Positions 17,331 through 20,000 of a stretch of 20,000 nucleotides of DNA are shown piece after piece (the stretch's first letter is position 1; every line of letters starts with the position of its first letter). The notes under the pieces are model-generated. The model saw only the letters and a list, made by a program, of their open reading frames with translations. It was not told where the DNA came from and made no database searches. The DNA comes from an uncultured virus (IMG/VR IMGVR_UViG_3300044212_000089) (lineage: Duplodnaviria > Heunggongvirae > Uroviricota > Caudoviricetes). The translations under genes and the position numbers were made by a program. Location of the stretch: the IMG/VR virus record IMGVR_UViG_3300044212_000089. The stretch is one strand, 5' to 3'.

Positions 17331-18704
17331 ATGACCTTCTCCCTCCATGAGTACCAGCAGGAGGCCGTGCGCTTCGCCTTCCGATCCTTCCGGGCCAACG
17401 GCGGCGCCGGCCTGTTCCTGGATATGGGCCTTGGCAAGACCCTGAGCTCGATTGCGGTCATGGACATCGCCCACAGGCTGGATCCATCCCTGCGCTTCCT
17501 GGTCGTCGCCCCGCTCCTTCCCGCATGGCAGACATGGCCCGACGAGCTGGAGAAGTTCGGGGACCTGCACTCCCTCGATTTCAGCGTCGCCTGCGGGCGG
17601 CGCATGACGGCGAAGCGGCGCATGAAGGCCATCGACGCGGGCGCGACGGTGACCATCATCAACCGGGAGAACCTGAGCTGGCTGGACGATGCCATGCCGC
17701 GCAAGTGGCCGTGGCGGGCGCTGGTCATCGACGAGCTGAGCTCGTACAAGAGCGCGAACACGAAGTCGTTCCGCGTATTGAAGCGCCATCGCGGCGGCTT
17801 CGACTGGGTGCTCGGGCTGACCGGCACGCCCGCGCCCAAAGGCCTGCTCGACCTGTACTCGGAGCTCTATCTGATCGACGGCGGGCAGGCCCTGGGCTCG
17901 ACCCTGACCTCCTACCGCAACCGCTGGTTCCATGCCACGCGCTGGAGCGGGGACACGGTGATCGAGCGCGAGCCGAACCCGGGCGCCTATCGCGAGATCA
18001 TGGATGCGATATCCCCCTCGTGCCTCACGATGCTGGCGCGGGACAAGCTGCCGAATCTGCCCCGAACCGTGGTCGTCGACCGCATGCTGGACATGCCCGG
18101 CGCCACGCGGGACGCCTACGACGAGTTTCGCCGCGAGATGGTCGTCGACCTGGGCGACGGGGACGTGTCTGCGGCGAACGCCGCGGTGCTCACGAACAAG
18201 CTCACCCAGTTCACCGCCGGGTGCCTGTACCCCGACGCGCAGGAGAATCCGGACGGAGAGGTAGTCCATCTGGACGACGCGAAGCTCGACGAGCTGGCGC
18301 GCGTCATCGAAGAGAATCCAGGGGAGCCGGTGCTGGTGTTTTATCAGTTCCAGGATGAACTCAGGCGCCTGAGAGAGCGGTGGCCGAACCTCAAGACGGT
18401 GAAGGATGCCGGGGTGTCCGAGGCGTGGAACGCGGGCGAGGTGCCGCTGCTCGTCGCGCACCCCGAGAGCGCGAAGTACGGCCTCAATCTGCAGAAGGGG
18501 GGCCATATCGTCGTATGGCTGACTTTGACATGGAGCGCGGAGTCCTACGCGCAGTCGAACGCCCGGCTGGCCCGGCAGGGGCAGAGCCGCCCCGTGCAGA
18601 TCGTTCGACTGATCGAGCGCGAGAGCGTGGATGAGAGGAAGCGGGATGTGCTGGCGGGGCGTGCGGCATTGGAGAGCGCCGTCATGGAGGAGCTGAAGAA
18701 GTGA
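17331..18704 (+). CDS. Phage-type SNF2-family helicase (457 aa)
   Basis: LHEYQQEA (Q motif), LFLDMGLGKT (Walker A), VIDELSSYK (Walker B), GLTGTP, YGLNLQKGG, QSNARLARQGQ. Start moved to ATG 17331 (MTFSLHEYQ). Confidence 0.9.
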   Translation: MTFSLHEYQQEAVRFAFRSFRANGGAGLFLDMGLGKTLSSIAVMDIAHRLDPSLRFLVVAPLLPAWQTWPDELEKFGDLHSLDFSVACGRRMTAKRRMKAIDAGATVTIINRENLSWLDDAMPRKWPWRALVIDELSSYKSANTKSFRVLKRHRGGFDWVLGLTGTPAPKGLLDLYSELYLIDGGQALGSTLTSYRNRWFHATRWSGDTVIEREPNPGAYREIMDAISPSCLTMLARDKLPNLPRTVVVDRMLDMPGATRDAYDEFRREMVVDLGDGDVSAANAAVLTNKLTQFTAGCLYPDAQENPDGEVVHLDDAKLDELARVIEENPGEPVLVFYQFQDELRRLRERWPNLKTVKDAGVSEAWNAGEVPLLVAHPESAKYGLNLQKGGHIVVWLTLTWSAESYAQSNARLARQGQSRPVQIVRLIERESVDERKRDVLAGRAALESAVMEELKK

Positions 18705-18772
18705 TGCGAGACGCATGAGACGCGCGCCGTCTCGCGCGGCCCGGAGGTCGCACGAATGACCGTGCTCGAATC

Positions 18773-18799
18773 GGCTGCGCCTTGCGCAGCCTCTTTTTT
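18773..18799 (+). terminator. Intrinsic terminator after the SNF2 gene
   Basis: GGCTGCGC-CTT-GCGCAGCC perfect 8-bp stem followed by TCTTTTTT. Confidence 0.6.
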
Positions 18800-18817
18800 C
18801 GGAAAGGAAGAATAGAC

Positions 18818-19189
18818 ATGGCGACGACACGCTACGTCATGACCATTGACGCACCGGAGGACGACCTCGAAGAGGATTTGCGGGAAGACCGCGACCTCAG
18901 GGAGGCGGTATATGATGCGCTGCCCGAGAGCGCCCATGTCCATTTCGTCGAGAGCGATGCGACGCAGCGCCCTGATGCCGCATGGTTCCACCGTCTGTGC
19001 GCGTGGATATGCGAGAGCGAGTTCGAGGAGCTCTCCGACAAGGCATGGGGATGGTTCGCGCTCGCTATCGACAGGAGGTGGAGCAACGCGGATCTATGGA
19101 AAGCCGTCTACCGCGCGGAGGGCCGTCCAGAGGAGGTCGTCGCCGAGCTGGATGGCTATATCGGCAAGCATGCGGGCGAGGTGTTCTGA
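18818..19189 (+). CDS. Hypothetical acidic protein (123 aa)
   Basis: ATG 18818 with AAAGGAAG RBS. GC-rich codon usage like the neighbouring genes. Confidence 0.7.
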   Translation: MATTRYVMTIDAPEDDLEEDLREDRDLREAVYDALPESAHVHFVESDATQRPDAAWFHRLCAWICESEFEELSDKAWGWFALAIDRRWSNADLWKAVYRAEGRPEEVVAELDGYIGKHAGEVF

Positions 19190-19254
19190 CGAAAGCGGGA
19201 CGCATTCCTCGGGCATAAGGCATCGTCATCAGCTACGAAAAAGGGAAACGAACA

Positions 19255-19806
19255 ATGATAATCACGAAAACAGAGCAGATTCTCGACGAAATGCGCGATT
19301 TCGTGCGCGAATATTTCGAGGAAGGGCGAAAGCCCTACGTGCTGAGGGAGCTAGACCGAGGGAATGCCTCTGTTTTCTTCGATATGCTCGGATTCTGGTT
19401 CCCCAGCCAGAAGGGCTTCGCCTCTTTCACGCCCACGAAACCCAGTCAGCTCTCGGCGGGCGACACTGTGGTGCTGAGGGACGGCAACCGCTACAAGGTA
19501 TCCGATCCGCATCCTGCATATGGGAAAGAGAATCATATCAGCGTCAACGGAATGGTGAATGTCGCGGACGTCCCTTTCTCGGACATAGCCTACGCGCTTC
19601 GTCCGGTGCATCCGCTCCCGACCGAGGACGGGCTGTACGGAATCGACATCGAGGGCGACCGGCAGGTATTCCAGCGCACGGACGGCGCGTGGCGCCGCCT
19701 CGTGGACTCGGATGGCGGAATGGATGGATTCATGTTCGACGACGAGAAGGATCTGGTGCACAAGCTGGGCGACGCGCGGCTCAAGCCCTACAGACTGGAT
19801 GTCTAG
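19255..19806 (+). CDS. Hypothetical protein, probably phage-related (183 aa)
   Basis: ATG with AAGGGA RBS. Central beta-rich stretch AGDTVVLRDGNRYKV and a PLPTEDGLY segment. No family assigned. Confidence 0.7.
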   Translation: MIITKTEQILDEMRDFVREYFEEGRKPYVLRELDRGNASVFFDMLGFWFPSQKGFASFTPTKPSQLSAGDTVVLRDGNRYKVSDPHPAYGKENHISVNGMVNVADVPFSDIAYALRPVHPLPTEDGLYGIDIEGDRQVFQRTDGAWRRLVDSDGGMDGFMFDDEKDLVHKLGDARLKPYRLDV

Positions 19807-20000
19807 CGATTCGCGAAAGCGATGATGTCGCTCACTATGACGACGGCAAGGAATATCACGAGCACGATGGCGAGCGGAGTGGCTGCAAGGACGATGGCGA
19901 TGACTGCGATGCAGCGGCTGCGCCCATCCTCGCGCAAGGCCACGATGCCGAGCGCTATGGAGATGACGGAGAGCGGCAGCGCCGCCGCGTAGAGCGGCAT
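19803..20000 (-). CDS. Small membrane protein, possibly 5'-partial
   Basis: Two hydrophobic segments (LPLSVISIALGIVAL; CIAVIAIVLAATPLAIVLVIFLAVVIV). Convergent, 4-nt overlap with the previous gene's stop. Confidence 0.6.
   Translation of the reverse strand: MPLYAAALPLSVISIALGIVALREDGRSRCIAVIAIVLAATPLAIVLVIFLAVVIVSDIIAFANR

Noticed and set aside
17331..18704. SNF2 helicase as part of the defence island (DISARM DrmD/Zorya-like)
   Set aside because: It is short, has phage-type motifs (FLDMGLGKT, DELS, GLNLQxGG) and very different GC, and partner genes are absent.
17072..18830. Long alternative ORFs (17223-18830 -, 17072-17839 -, 17525-18358 +)
   Set aside because: Expected stop-poor frames in GC-rich DNA overlapping the clear SNF2 gene.
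1..20000. CRISPR array, tRNA, rRNA or IS transposase
   Set aside because: No regularly spaced repeats, cloverleaf or rRNA-like sequence, or transposase motifs were seen.

Overview
The window has three compositionally distinct blocks (GC judged by eye, not computed). (1) 1-~15410, moderate GC: apparently the right end of a prophage/ICE-like element. A leftward module (small ORF, structured leader, sigma-factor-like gene, two small ORFs running off the edge) faces a ~13.7-kb rightward defence operon. That operon encodes an NBR1-Ig-like domain protein, a Xis-like HTH, a Type I R-M system (hsdM-hsdS-hsdR), a Hachiman-like pair and a GmrSD (DUF262+DUF1524) protein with an extra EVE/PUA-like C-terminal domain. 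In the Hachiman pair, HamA lacks the catalytic ExK and HamB is broken by a +1 frameshift. (2) ~15410-17185, AT-rich: a decayed defence locus with an N-terminally truncated N6-methyltransferase (interrupted at an att-like palindrome), a single-TRD S subunit and an unannotated AAA_13/RloC-like ATPase remnant. (3) ~17190-20000, very GC-rich: a phage-type SNF2 helicase, two hypothetical genes and a convergent small membrane protein. Family assignments come from motif recognition only; no searches were run.
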